64,000 nucleotides of DNA from an uncultured Gammaproteobacteria bacterium. GTDB lineage: Bacteria > Patescibacteriota > Patescibacteriia > UBA11705 > JABHMO01. Made by a program: the position numbers and the translations under genes. This document shows, one piece after another, positions 17,091-24,716 of the stretch; within the stretch, counting starts at the first letter, position 1, and every line of letters begins with the position of its first letter. The notes below the pieces were generated by a model that saw nothing but the letters and a program-made list of their open reading frames with translations, was not told where the DNA came from and did not search any database. The stretch lies in the NCBI GenBank assembly GCA_964486065.1, contig CAZAKN010000002.1, forward strand, positions 29,452 through 93,451, read 5' to 3'.

Positions 17091-19943
17091 TTATTGATTA
17101 ACGATATCAGTCAATTGTTCTTGTAATTTTTTAAGTTTTTCTTCCGCTTCCGTGGCTTTTTTCTTTTCCGTTTCAACGATTTGCTTCGGTGCGTTCTTCA
17201 CGAACTCCTTATTTTGCAATTTACGAGAAACGGTTTCAAAGTATTTGCGAATTTCAATGATCTCTTTTTCCAATCTTTGTTTTTCTTTGTCAAAATCAAG
17301 CAACCCGGAAAGTGGCAAATAAATATTGATTTTTCCAACCACGGCGGTAACCACTTGATCGGGCTTTCGTTCAACGCTTTGCAAAGATTCCGCTCCCACT
17401 AAAAATTTGATTATTTCTTGATTTTCTTTCAGCAAAGAGTCAGCTCCCTGCAACTGCACCATAATCTTCTTGGCCGGTTCCACTTTGTATTCCGAACGCA
17501 AATTTCTGATTTTCACGATTACTTCACGCAATTTTTCAAATTCTTTTTCCGCATCGCGATCAATCAATTTTTTATCGCTCGGTGGCCACTTTTCAATCAT
17601 CAATTCCCCCTGAAAACCGGCTTCATTCCAAATAGCTTGAGTAACAAAAGGAGTAAAAGGATGCCACAATTGCAAAAGTTCTCGCAAAATATGTGCTAGA
17701 ATATTTTTATCATTTTCTTCCACTTTGGTAATCTCCAAATACCAATCAGCCAAATCATCCCAAGTAAACGCTTTCATCAATTCTCCGGCTTGTGAAAAAT
17801 TATAATTTTCCAATAATTTATCTACCTCGGCTTTCAACTCGTTAAAACGAGACATAATCCAACGCTCGGACAATGTTCGCGGTTTTATTTTTTGCGGTGT
17901 TTCCGGATTTTCAATCTTTTCCAAAACAAATCTGGAAATGTTCCATAATTTATTCACGAAATTGCGATAACCTTCAATTTTCTCATCATATAAACGGATA
18001 TCATTGCCAGCCGTATTGCCGATTAACATGGACAATCTGACCGCGTCAAAACCGTATTTTTCTCCCGCTTCCAGCGGATCAATGGCGGTCTCCGGACGCG
18101 ACTTACTCATCTTTTGACCATCGCGATCACGCACCAAGCCATGCAAAAAGACATTTTCAAAAGGAATTTCTTCCATGACAAATGAAGTCATGAGAATCAT
18201 TCTGGCCACCCAGAAAAATAAAATATCATATCCGGTTTCCATCAAAGTATTGGGATGAAAACGATCTATATCAGAGGATTTGAATTCTTTACCATCCCAA
18301 TCTTCCGGCAACAAAGTGCTGAAAGTCCACAAACCAGAACTGAACCAAGTATCCAAAGTATCAGGATCCTGAACAAACAAACCTGCTTTTTTATATTCTA
18401 AACAATATTCATCACATTTAGAAACATCCTTAGTACTTACAAAATTTAATACATCTTCTTTTTTGAAAACTTTTCTTTCTATCCATTTACATACTTGTTC
18501 GAAAGATGCATATTTAACAAAAAAATTATTATCTAAACCAATTTCATAACCAGAAATATAGTTTAAATTATTTTCAAATAATTCATTTATATCCACTTTT
18601 CCGTAATCAATTTTCAAAATTCCTTTTTTATTTTTTATTGATTCAATATCATACCAGACGGGTATGCGATGTCCGAACCAAATCTGACGCGAAATACACC
18701 AATCATGCAAATTTTCCATCCAATCCGAATATGCTTTTTTAAACCTGTCCGGAATAAACTTGATTTCATCCTTTCGCGCGATTTCCACGGCTCGCTCTTT
18801 TAAAGATTTATCGCCCAATCTTTTTATTTTTTTATTCACCGAAACAAACCATTGCTTGGACGGCAAAGGTTCAATCGCCGTACCGCAACGATAACAAATT
18901 GATAATTTATTATCCAATTCTTCTTCTTTTTCCAGAAGTCCTTGCTCACGCAATTTCTCAATAATCATTTTTCCCGCTTCAGTCGCCGGTTTACCGGAAA
19001 ACTCATTGAAGCCTGCTCTGATATTTCCGCCTTCATCAATAACTTTTACGATATTTAAATCGTTTTCTTCCGCCATGGCCCAATCAACCATAGAATGCGC
19101 CGGCGTAACTCCGAGCGCGCCCGTGCCGAATTCCATATCCACCTGCCAATCACCGATAATTTTCAATTTCAAAGGCACTCCGCAAAAATCCGTTTCCAGC
19201 TCTTGACCGATATATTTTTTATAACGCTCATCTTTCGGATTAACCGCCACCGCCGTATCACCCAACTTTGTTTCCGGTCGCGTAGTTGCAATGGTAAATG
19301 GAAAATCCTTACTGTATTTAAAAGTGTAAAGCTTGGCTTTTTGTTCTTTGTATTCCACTTCATCATCGGCAAGCGTTGAATGACAACGCGGACACCAATT
19401 GACCACGCGATCACCGCGATAAATCAAACCTTCATCATACATTTGCTTGAAAACTTTTCGCACGGCTTTGCTTCTGGTTTCATCCAAAGTATAGGCCTCC
19501 CTGCTCCAATCCAAACTTGAACCCATTTTACGAACCTGATTTTTTATAATATTTTTTGACTCTTGAACATGTTCATCAACTTTTGCCAAAAACTTTTCTC
19601 TTCCCAAATCATGTCTGGTTTTATTCTCGTTTTTATACATTTTTTTTTCCACCACATTTTGCGTGGCAATGGCCGCGTGATCCGTCCCCGGAATCCAAAC
19701 AGTGTCAAAACCTTTCATTCTTTTATAGCGCACGAACAAATCTTCAATCGCCAACATGGAAGCATGTCCCAAATGTAAAGTTCCGGTCACATTGGGTGGC
19801 GGTAAAACAATGGAAAAGCAACCGCGCTTTTCACGCTCGGCGCGATCCGGCATCTCATCCGGATTGAACAATTTTCCTTGTTCCCATTGTTGATAAATAT
19901 TATCTTCAAATTCAGACGGATTATAAGCTTTGGACATTGGCAT
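17091..19943 (-). CDS. valS: valyl-tRNA synthetase
   Basis: PPPNVTGTLHLGHA, KMSKS, a C-terminal coiled-coil, 950 aa. Confidence 0.95.
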   Translation of the reverse strand: MPMSKAYNPSEFEDNIYQQWEQGKLFNPDEMPDRAEREKRGCFSIVLPPPNVTGTLHLGHASMLAIEDLFVRYKRMKGFDTVWIPGTDHAAIATQNVVEKKMYKNENKTRHDLGREKFLAKVDEHVQESKNIIKNQVRKMGSSLDWSREAYTLDETRSKAVRKVFKQMYDEGLIYRGDRVVNWCPRCHSTLADDEVEYKEQKAKLYTFKYSKDFPFTIATTRPETKLGDTAVAVNPKDERYKKYIGQELETDFCGVPLKLKIIGDWQVDMEFGTGALGVTPAHSMVDWAMAEENDLNIVKVIDEGGNIRAGFNEFSGKPATEAGKMIIEKLREQGLLEKEEELDNKLSICYRCGTAIEPLPSKQWFVSVNKKIKRLGDKSLKERAVEIARKDEIKFIPDRFKKAYSDWMENLHDWCISRQIWFGHRIPVWYDIESIKNKKGILKIDYGKVDINELFENNLNYISGYEIGLDNNFFVKYASFEQVCKWIERKVFKKEDVLNFVSTKDVSKCDEYCLEYKKAGLFVQDPDTLDTWFSSGLWTFSTLLPEDWDGKEFKSSDIDRFHPNTLMETGYDILFFWVARMILMTSFVMEEIPFENVFLHGLVRDRDGQKMSKSRPETAIDPLEAGEKYGFDAVRLSMLIGNTAGNDIRLYDEKIEGYRNFVNKLWNISRFVLEKIENPETPQKIKPRTLSERWIMSRFNELKAEVDKLLENYNFSQAGELMKAFTWDDLADWYLEITKVEENDKNILAHILRELLQLWHPFTPFVTQAIWNEAGFQGELMIEKWPPSDKKLIDRDAEKEFEKLREVIVKIRNLRSEYKVEPAKKIMVQLQGADSLLKENQEIIKFLVGAESLQSVERKPDQVVTAVVGKINIYLPLSGLLDFDKEKQRLEKEIIEIRKYFETVSRKLQNKEFVKNAPKQIVETEKKKATEAEEKLKKLQEQLTDIVNQ

Positions 19944-20101
19944 ATTTTTTTTGTTTATTCAAGACTGAATTTTGAGCGGCAAAATCACACAATAACCGCT
20001 AATTTATAAATATTTTACCATGTAATTTGTGAAAAAACAATCTTGCGATCGCTTTAAATTGACCGCTCTGTCAACTTATGGCTCAATACTTGTTATTCAC
20101 A

Positions 20102-20130
20102 TTGACACGGCTTGATGATGGCCGTATGAT
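20102..20130 (+). promoter_or_regulatory. sigma70-type promoter TTGACA-17-TATGAT
   Basis: ttgaca at 20102-20107 and tatgat at 20125-20130. ATG at 20150 gives a short leader with no SD. Confidence 0.5.
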
Positions 20131-20149
20131 GATATAATTACTGAAAAAT

Positions 20150-21265
20150 ATGAGTTTAAACGAATACCAACAATTTCACGAAGTTATCAGTCGCGCGCAA
20201 CGCCCCTTGATTTTATTCGGTAAAAATCATCATGAGGATGTAATCACCGCCGGTTTTTCTCTGGCGGAAGTGATTGCGCGTCTGGGCAAAGAAGCTTCAC
20301 TGGCTTCTCCCAATTTCAATTTGCCTAATAAGTTGGATTTTTTGCCTTGTAGCAGGCCGATACAAAAAGATCTTGATCGCTTGAGACAATTGGTGATCAG
20401 TTTAAATGTGGCGGAGAATAATGAAGATCCGCACATCCATCATTCCAAAGCAGAAAATAAATTCCATATTCATATCACGCCTCAAAGCGGAATCATTAAA
20501 AAGGAACACATGGAAATTTCCGACAATCATTTTCGGCATGATTTGATCATCACTTTGAACACGGCGGATTTGGAACAATTGGATATTTTTTTCAGGGAAC
20601 ACTCCGACTTTTTTTACAGCGTGCCGATTATTAACATAGATCATGAAGCCGACAATGAGCATTACGGACATCTAAACATTATCAATTTGACCGCGTCTTC
20701 AATCTCGGAAATGATTTACGAATTGATAAAACAAATCAATCATGAACATATTGATCAAGCCGTGGCCACTTGTCTACTAACCGGTATGATCGCGAAAACC
20801 AACAGTTTTAAAAACAATAAAGTTACGCCAAACAGTTTGAATATTGCCAGCGAACTAATGGCCGCCGGAGCCGACCGACAGAAAATAGTAGACAATCTTT
20901 ACGGCGGCAAATCCGTCAACGCGCTCAAATTATGGGGTCGCGTCTTAATGAATCTTAACACTTTGCATAACCAAAAAATCGCTTGGGCGGAAATTGAAGA
21001 AAAAGATTTTTTGGAAACCGATAGCTTACCGGCTGATTTATCAGGAGTGATTGATGAATTGATCGTCAATATTCCGACCGTGGAAATCACCGCCTTGTTT
21101 TTTGAAAAAGCCGGACAAAAACAGGTATTGATCAAATCCGAAAAAAATCATGATTTGATTTCTCATTTTCGCGAATTATTCCCGCAAGGAAAAAGAAATC
21201 AAATTCGCTTTGAGCTTAACCAAGACAAGCAAAACATAATCAACAAATTGAATACTTTAATATAA
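20150..21265 (+). CDS. DHH-family phosphoesterase-like protein (NrnA-like, motifs partly degenerate)
   Basis: GKNHHEDVITAGFS (motif I-like) and NIDHEADNEH (DHH to DHE). The C-terminal DHHA1-like region lacks GGGH. Confidence 0.5.
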   Translation: MSLNEYQQFHEVISRAQRPLILFGKNHHEDVITAGFSLAEVIARLGKEASLASPNFNLPNKLDFLPCSRPIQKDLDRLRQLVISLNVAENNEDPHIHHSKAENKFHIHITPQSGIIKKEHMEISDNHFRHDLIITLNTADLEQLDIFFREHSDFFYSVPIINIDHEADNEHYGHLNIINLTASSISEMIYELIKQINHEHIDQAVATCLLTGMIAKTNSFKNNKVTPNSLNIASELMAAGADRQKIVDNLYGGKSVNALKLWGRVLMNLNTLHNQKIAWAEIEEKDFLETDSLPADLSGVIDELIVNIPTVEITALFFEKAGQKQVLIKSEKNHDLISHFRELFPQGKRNQIRFELNQDKQNIINKLNTLI

Positions 21266-21319
21266 AAAAACGCCCCATCTGATTTTTGAACTGGAAATAT
21301 GATGATGGGGCGTTTTTTT
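21264..21319. terminator. bidirectional rho-independent terminator
   Basis: 9-bp GC stem cgccccatc/gatggggcg with a large loop, then T7. A-run on the 5' side. Confidence 0.6.
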
Positions 21320-21335
21320 ATTTTAAGCAATGAAT

Positions 21336-22337
21336 TTAGAAAAAATGAAACAGTTTGGCGATAAACAAAATATAAACCAACACGAACATAAGTGCTTCGG
21401 TTTTGCTCAGCCTCTTGTCCAATAATGTTAACCACATAAGGATAAACGAGCCAACCAAAAAAGGTATCATGGTCATATAAGCGGAAGCGCTTATCGTTAA
21501 AGGAGCAAACAATCCGACCACTCCGTAAACCACGAATACATTGAAAATATTGGAACCGAGAACATTACCCACCACCATGTCAAAATTACCGCGTCTGGCC
21601 GCCGCCACGCCAACCATCAATTCGGGCAACGAAGTACCGAAAGCCACGGCTGAAGCCGCGATCGCCGAAGAAGCAAACCCGACAATACCGGCTAAATTAA
21701 CCACCGCCTCCACAACATAATTGGAAGCAAAAACCACGACCACCAAACTGATCCCGAGAAAAATCAGACTTTTCACGATACCGGCTTCTTTTTTTAAATC
21801 TTTAACATGAGGCTCTTTACTTTTTTCTTTTAATTCCAATTTCAATTCTTTTTCAAACTTATCTCTAATGTCCGCCCTTTCGGATTTCTGCATAGCATAG
21901 GCGTAAATAACATAAACCACATAACCGAGCAAAAATATTATCGCTTCTCCCGTACTGAAAACACCATCCAATAAACTCACGATCACCAAAAAAATGGAAG
22001 CTGCCAAAAAAGGTAAATCATTGGACACAATATCCCAAGTAAAAGTGGCTTTTTTCTTGCAAAGTAAAACCGAAATTCCCAAAACCAATAATATATTGGC
22101 AATGGAAGAGCCCATAACCGTGCCACTTAAAAACTCCAACTCTCCACGGCTCACGCCGATCATTGAAGTGACCAATTCGGGAATGGAAGTACCCACCGCC
22201 ACGATCATTACGCCGATAATAAAATTGGGGAGCTTCAATATCCGTCCCAAGTTTTCGGCATAATCAGTAAAATAATCAGCTGATTTAACCAGAAAATACA
22301 GTGCCCCCGCTAAAATCGCGATCCAAAATAATAGCAT
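21336..22337 (-). CDS. Ca2+/cation antiporter (CaCA / YrbG family)
   Basis: Two alpha-repeats GTSIPEL and GTSLPEL, about 10 TM helices, acidic central loop. Confidence 0.8.
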   Translation of the reverse strand: MLLFWIAILAGALYFLVKSADYFTDYAENLGRILKLPNFIIGVMIVAVGTSIPELVTSMIGVSRGELEFLSGTVMGSSIANILLVLGISVLLCKKKATFTWDIVSNDLPFLAASIFLVIVSLLDGVFSTGEAIIFLLGYVVYVIYAYAMQKSERADIRDKFEKELKLELKEKSKEPHVKDLKKEAGIVKSLIFLGISLVVVVFASNYVVEAVVNLAGIVGFASSAIAASAVAFGTSLPELMVGVAAARRGNFDMVVGNVLGSNIFNVFVVYGVVGLFAPLTISASAYMTMIPFLVGSFILMWLTLLDKRLSKTEALMFVLVYILFIAKLFHFF

Positions 22338-22427
22338 AAAATATTGTTAATTTCATGTATTATAGCATTTCCGTTTTATTAAAACAAAACAACTCCCAAA
22401 AGGGAGTGGCTTTGTCAAGATATAATC

Positions 22428-22505
22428 ATGGTGGGCAATACTGGATTTGAACCGGTGACCTCTGCAATGTGAATGTAGCGCTCTAATCAACTGAGCTAAT
22501 TGCCC
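22428..22505 (-). tRNA. tRNA-Val (anticodon CAC), irregular; possible pseudo-tRNA
   Basis: Reverse complement GGGCAATTAGCTCAGTTGATTAGAGCGCTACATTCACATTGCAGAGGTCACCGGTTCAAATCCAGGTATTGCCCACCA. D-arm is near-identical to tRNA-Val(GAC). A19 instead of G19, one A-C mismatch in the anticodon stem, a bulged A in the T-stem. Own promoter TTGATT-17-TAGAAT upstream. Confidence 0.5.
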
Positions 22506-22619
22506 CAATGAATAAATTCTAACTCTTTTATATTGCTAAATCAAGATATTTAATAAGAATTTATCTCCTTGATTTATGATGCCCACCATGCTATTATGGG
22601 TTCAGTTTTCTCTGCTTTG

Positions 22620-22696
22620 GGGCCTGTAGCTCAGTTGGTTAGAGCATCACGCTTATAACGTGGAGGTCATGGGTTCAAGTCCCATCAGGCCCACCA
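22620..22696 (+). tRNA. tRNA-Ile with anticodon UAU (reads AUA)
   Basis: GGGCCTGTAGCTCAGTTGGTTAGAGCATCACGCTTATAACGTGGAGGTCATGGGTTCAAGTCCCATCAGGCCCACCA. Ile-type body. Anticodon stem tcacg/cgtgg, loop CUUAUAA (T34 A35 T36). CCA encoded. Confidence 0.85.
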
Positions 22697-22719
22697 TAAA
22701 GTATAAATTGAAAATTATG

Positions 22720-22926
22720 CTGAAACACAAAAATTTATTATTTATCAGTTTGGGATTACTGGTATTGGTCTTAATCGGTGTCAGTATTATTGAACCTCTG
22801 GCTAATGCTTATCCATGGATGCAACCCGTTGTCCCATTGATTGTTTCCACGGGATTTTTCGTTTTTCTTGTCTCGGTTTCGCTGTTTGTTTATGTGATTA
22901 TCCAAAATTTCAGTCATAAAAAATAA
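22720..22926 (+). CDS. small two-TM membrane protein (hypothetical)
   Basis: Start MLKHKN just after the tRNA-Ile 3' end. Strongly hydrophobic. The upstream part of the listed ORF overlaps the tRNA and is discarded. Confidence 0.3.
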   Translation: MKHKNLLFISLGLLVLVLIGVSIIEPLANAYPWMQPVVPLIVSTGFFVFLVSVSLFVYVIIQNFSHKK

Positions 22927-22981
22927 AAATTGGTTTTTTTCTATTTGAAAATAATTACCAGCATTCATTTTAATTAGATAT

Positions 22982-23058
22982 GGACGCTTAGCTCAGTTGG
23001 TTAGAGCGCATCGTTGACGTCGATGAGGTCAGTGGTTCGACTCCACTAGCGTCCACCA
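22982..23058 (+). tRNA. tRNA-Val (anticodon GAC)
   Basis: GGACGCTTAGCTCAGTTGGTTAGAGCGCATCGTTGACGTCGATGAGGTCAGTGGTTCGACTCCACTAGCGTCCACCA. Perfect cloverleaf, loop UUGACGU. Confidence 0.9.
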
Positions 23059-23128
23059 TAAAAACACGAAAACAATCATGTTTTTATGATTGAATAAAGT
23101 ATATATATCACAAATTATTCATTCCAAT

Positions 23129-23158
23129 TAAAAAAATCCGCTCAGCGGATTTTTTTTA
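23129..23158. terminator. bidirectional rho-independent terminator
   Basis: aaaaaaATCCGCtcaGCGGATtttttttt. Confidence 0.7.
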
Positions 23159-23172
23159 TTAAACAAAACAAT

Positions 23173-23928
23173 TTAGTCAAAATCTTCAGCCAATTCCCAC
23201 AACGCCTTAAAAAGCAAGACAAAAGTATTGGCGAAAAAACGATCCTTGATCAATAAAGTATCCGGTCCGCGAGAAATGCAGACATGCTCATTGAAAACCG
23301 AAATCTCCACCCTGAAATCAAATTTTGACGCTGGCAAATGCTTAAAAATCAACCTGCCATCAGCTGTAAATTCGTGAAAAATGCGATCCACTATTTTTTG
23401 ATCGGAAATATATAATGCCTTCATGCGTTTGAAGTTTTTTAGAATTCCGGCAATATGTTTCTTGCTCGTGTATTTGCGAAAATGATTGTAACTGAAAAGA
23501 TTGTAAACTTCTTCTCCGCGAATGGTCAATAAATGGTCACGCATTTTTTGCAACGCCACTTCATCTTTATCATGTTCAAAAAATTTTACTTCAGGTTTAT
23601 CTTTTGCCAAATTATACAAAGACTCCAATTGTGGCAATAAATCATCAAGCATTTCTTTTTTCTTTTTCAACTCTTTTTCCTCTTTTTCATGTAATTCAAT
23701 CAATCTCGTCGGACTTTCCGCCACATAATAAACTTTGCCCGTTTTTTCTTGCGTTCGGATCAAACCGCGAGAAATCAGATTTTTAATGTATCCGTAAACC
23801 GAAGTACGATTAAACCCGGTCTGTTCGGCCAAATCCTGAACCGAAGAAAACCCCAATTGCAAAGCCGCCAAATAAGTATCCGCTTCTTTGCCTTTTAACC
23901 CCAATTTATATAATTCTTGTTTTAACAT
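23173..23928 (-). CDS. TrmB-family transcriptional regulator (N-terminal winged HTH)
   Basis: LGLKGKEADTYLAALQLGFSSVQDLAEQTGFNRTSVYGYIKNLISRGLI. Typical TrmB N-terminus. Confidence 0.75.
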   Translation of the reverse strand: MLKQELYKLGLKGKEADTYLAALQLGFSSVQDLAEQTGFNRTSVYGYIKNLISRGLIRTQEKTGKVYYVAESPTRLIELHEKEEKELKKKKEMLDDLLPQLESLYNLAKDKPEVKFFEHDKDEVALQKMRDHLLTIRGEEVYNLFSYNHFRKYTSKKHIAGILKNFKRMKALYISDQKIVDRIFHEFTADGRLIFKHLPASKFDFRVEISVFNEHVCISRGPDTLLIKDRFFANTFVLLFKALWELAEDFD

Positions 23929-24129
23929 ATATTGATTATACCATATTTTTTATAATATTCACGAAATATTGATTTTTTATTCATATTCTTTCCACAGCTT
24001 ATCTTTGTCTAATTAAATGTAACATAATATAATAAATATACGGTTGTGAAGATTTTGTGAATGATGTTTGGCATGTAATCGTCGTGGTTTTTGCGTTATT
24101 TACCTTGTTTTGAAAGAAAGGAGAAGATC

Positions 24130-24342
24130 ATGAAAGGTTCTTCCAAAAGCGGATCCAACATTCTATTTTTCCCTATCAGTGTCGATGGAAAGTCTTTGCC
24201 GCCGATTGTGGTCGGAGAAAACGGTTGCCCATTAAGTGGCTTCTCGGCCGAGGAAGTTCCATTAGTCATCGTCTGTTTGATGATTAATGGCCGACCTCTG
24301 CCGATCGGAGTTTTCAAACTTAAGCGAAAGGCACGGCGATGA
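24130..24342 (+). CDS. hypothetical 70-aa protein with near-consensus SD
   Basis: AAAGGAGAAGATC-ATG. MKGSSKSGSNILFFPISVDGKSLPPIVVGENGCPLSG... G+C visibly higher than flanking genes. Confidence 0.35.
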   Translation: MKGSSKSGSNILFFPISVDGKSLPPIVVGENGCPLSGFSAEEVPLVIVCLMINGRPLPIGVFKLKRKARR

Positions 24343-24492
24343 CACATAATCGGAAAAAATCTGAGGGGAAATTGAATTAAGATTTCGCTGAAAAATCTTT
24401 TGAAATACCCGGTCGTTCGCGCAATACGCGCGAACGACCGGGACACGGTGAAAACACGCAAAAACCGAAGTCGCAAAAATGTGATTTTCCAT
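24262..24492 (-). CDS. hypothetical 76-aa ORF convergent with and overlapping 24130..24342
   Basis: AAAGGAGAcaaaa-ATG. It reads through the 15-bp hairpin. May be a non-coding antisense region instead. Confidence 0.2.
   Translation of the reverse strand: MENHIFATSVFACFHRVPVVRAYCANDRVFQKIFQRNLNSISPQIFSDYVSSPCLSLKFENSDRQRSAINHQTDDD
24408..24442. repeat. perfect 15-bp GC-rich inverted repeat (hairpin, 5-nt loop)
   Basis: cccggtcgttcgcgc-aatac-gcgcgaacgaccggg. No flanking T-run, so not a simple terminator. Confidence 0.85.
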
Positions 24493-24625
24493 TTTTGTCT
24501 CCTTTTTGAAGGTTTTGAAAAACACAGTTTACATTCCCTGTGGGGGGCTAACGAACATTAGTGGCCATTGCGTGCCACAGGTGTCTGTTGCCTTGCCTAC
24601 ATCAACCGCAGTCTTCACACCGTGC

Positions 24626-24665
24626 GAGCGCTCGGGGATCTTATCCCCGAGCGCTCTTCCTTTTT
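24626..24665 (+). terminator. hairpin plus T-run (first of two tandem plus-strand terminators)
   Basis: Perfect 13-bp stem gagcgctcgggga-tctta-tccccgagcgctc followed by ttcctttttac. Confidence 0.5.
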
Positions 24666-24670
24666 ACGCA

Positions 24671-24700
24671 AAAAATTCCGCCATAAAGCGGAATTTTTAT
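24671..24700. terminator. bidirectional rho-independent terminator (also terminates leuS)
   Basis: aaaaAATTCCGCcataaaGCGGAATTttt. Confidence 0.7.
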
Positions 24701-24716
24701 TCTAATTTTTTGTAAA

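Noticed and set aside
22660-22719. 5' part of ORF 22660..22926 (MEVMGSSPIRP...)
   Set aside because: This part is the 3' half of tRNA-Ile read as protein. Only the part from MLKHKN (22720) onward could be a real small gene.
24096-24476. 126-aa minus-strand ORF (MRLRFLRVFTVSRSF...)
   Set aside because: Arg/Phe-rich low-complexity translation antisense to the SD-preceded 24130..24342 ORF. No SD of its own. Likely spurious.
24343-24716. Possible RNase P RNA, tmRNA, SRP RNA or 6S RNA in the GC-rich hairpin region
   Set aside because: No GGAAAGUCCGGGCUC/ACAGAA(C/U)CCGGCUUA (RNase P). No tRNA-like GGUUCGA...CCA 3' end or 5' GGGG...UUCGACG (tmRNA). No GGAAGCAGCC domain-IV motif (SRP). A GCUAACGAACAUUAG tag-like stretch gives only a 4-codon frame. 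Left as an unassigned structured region.
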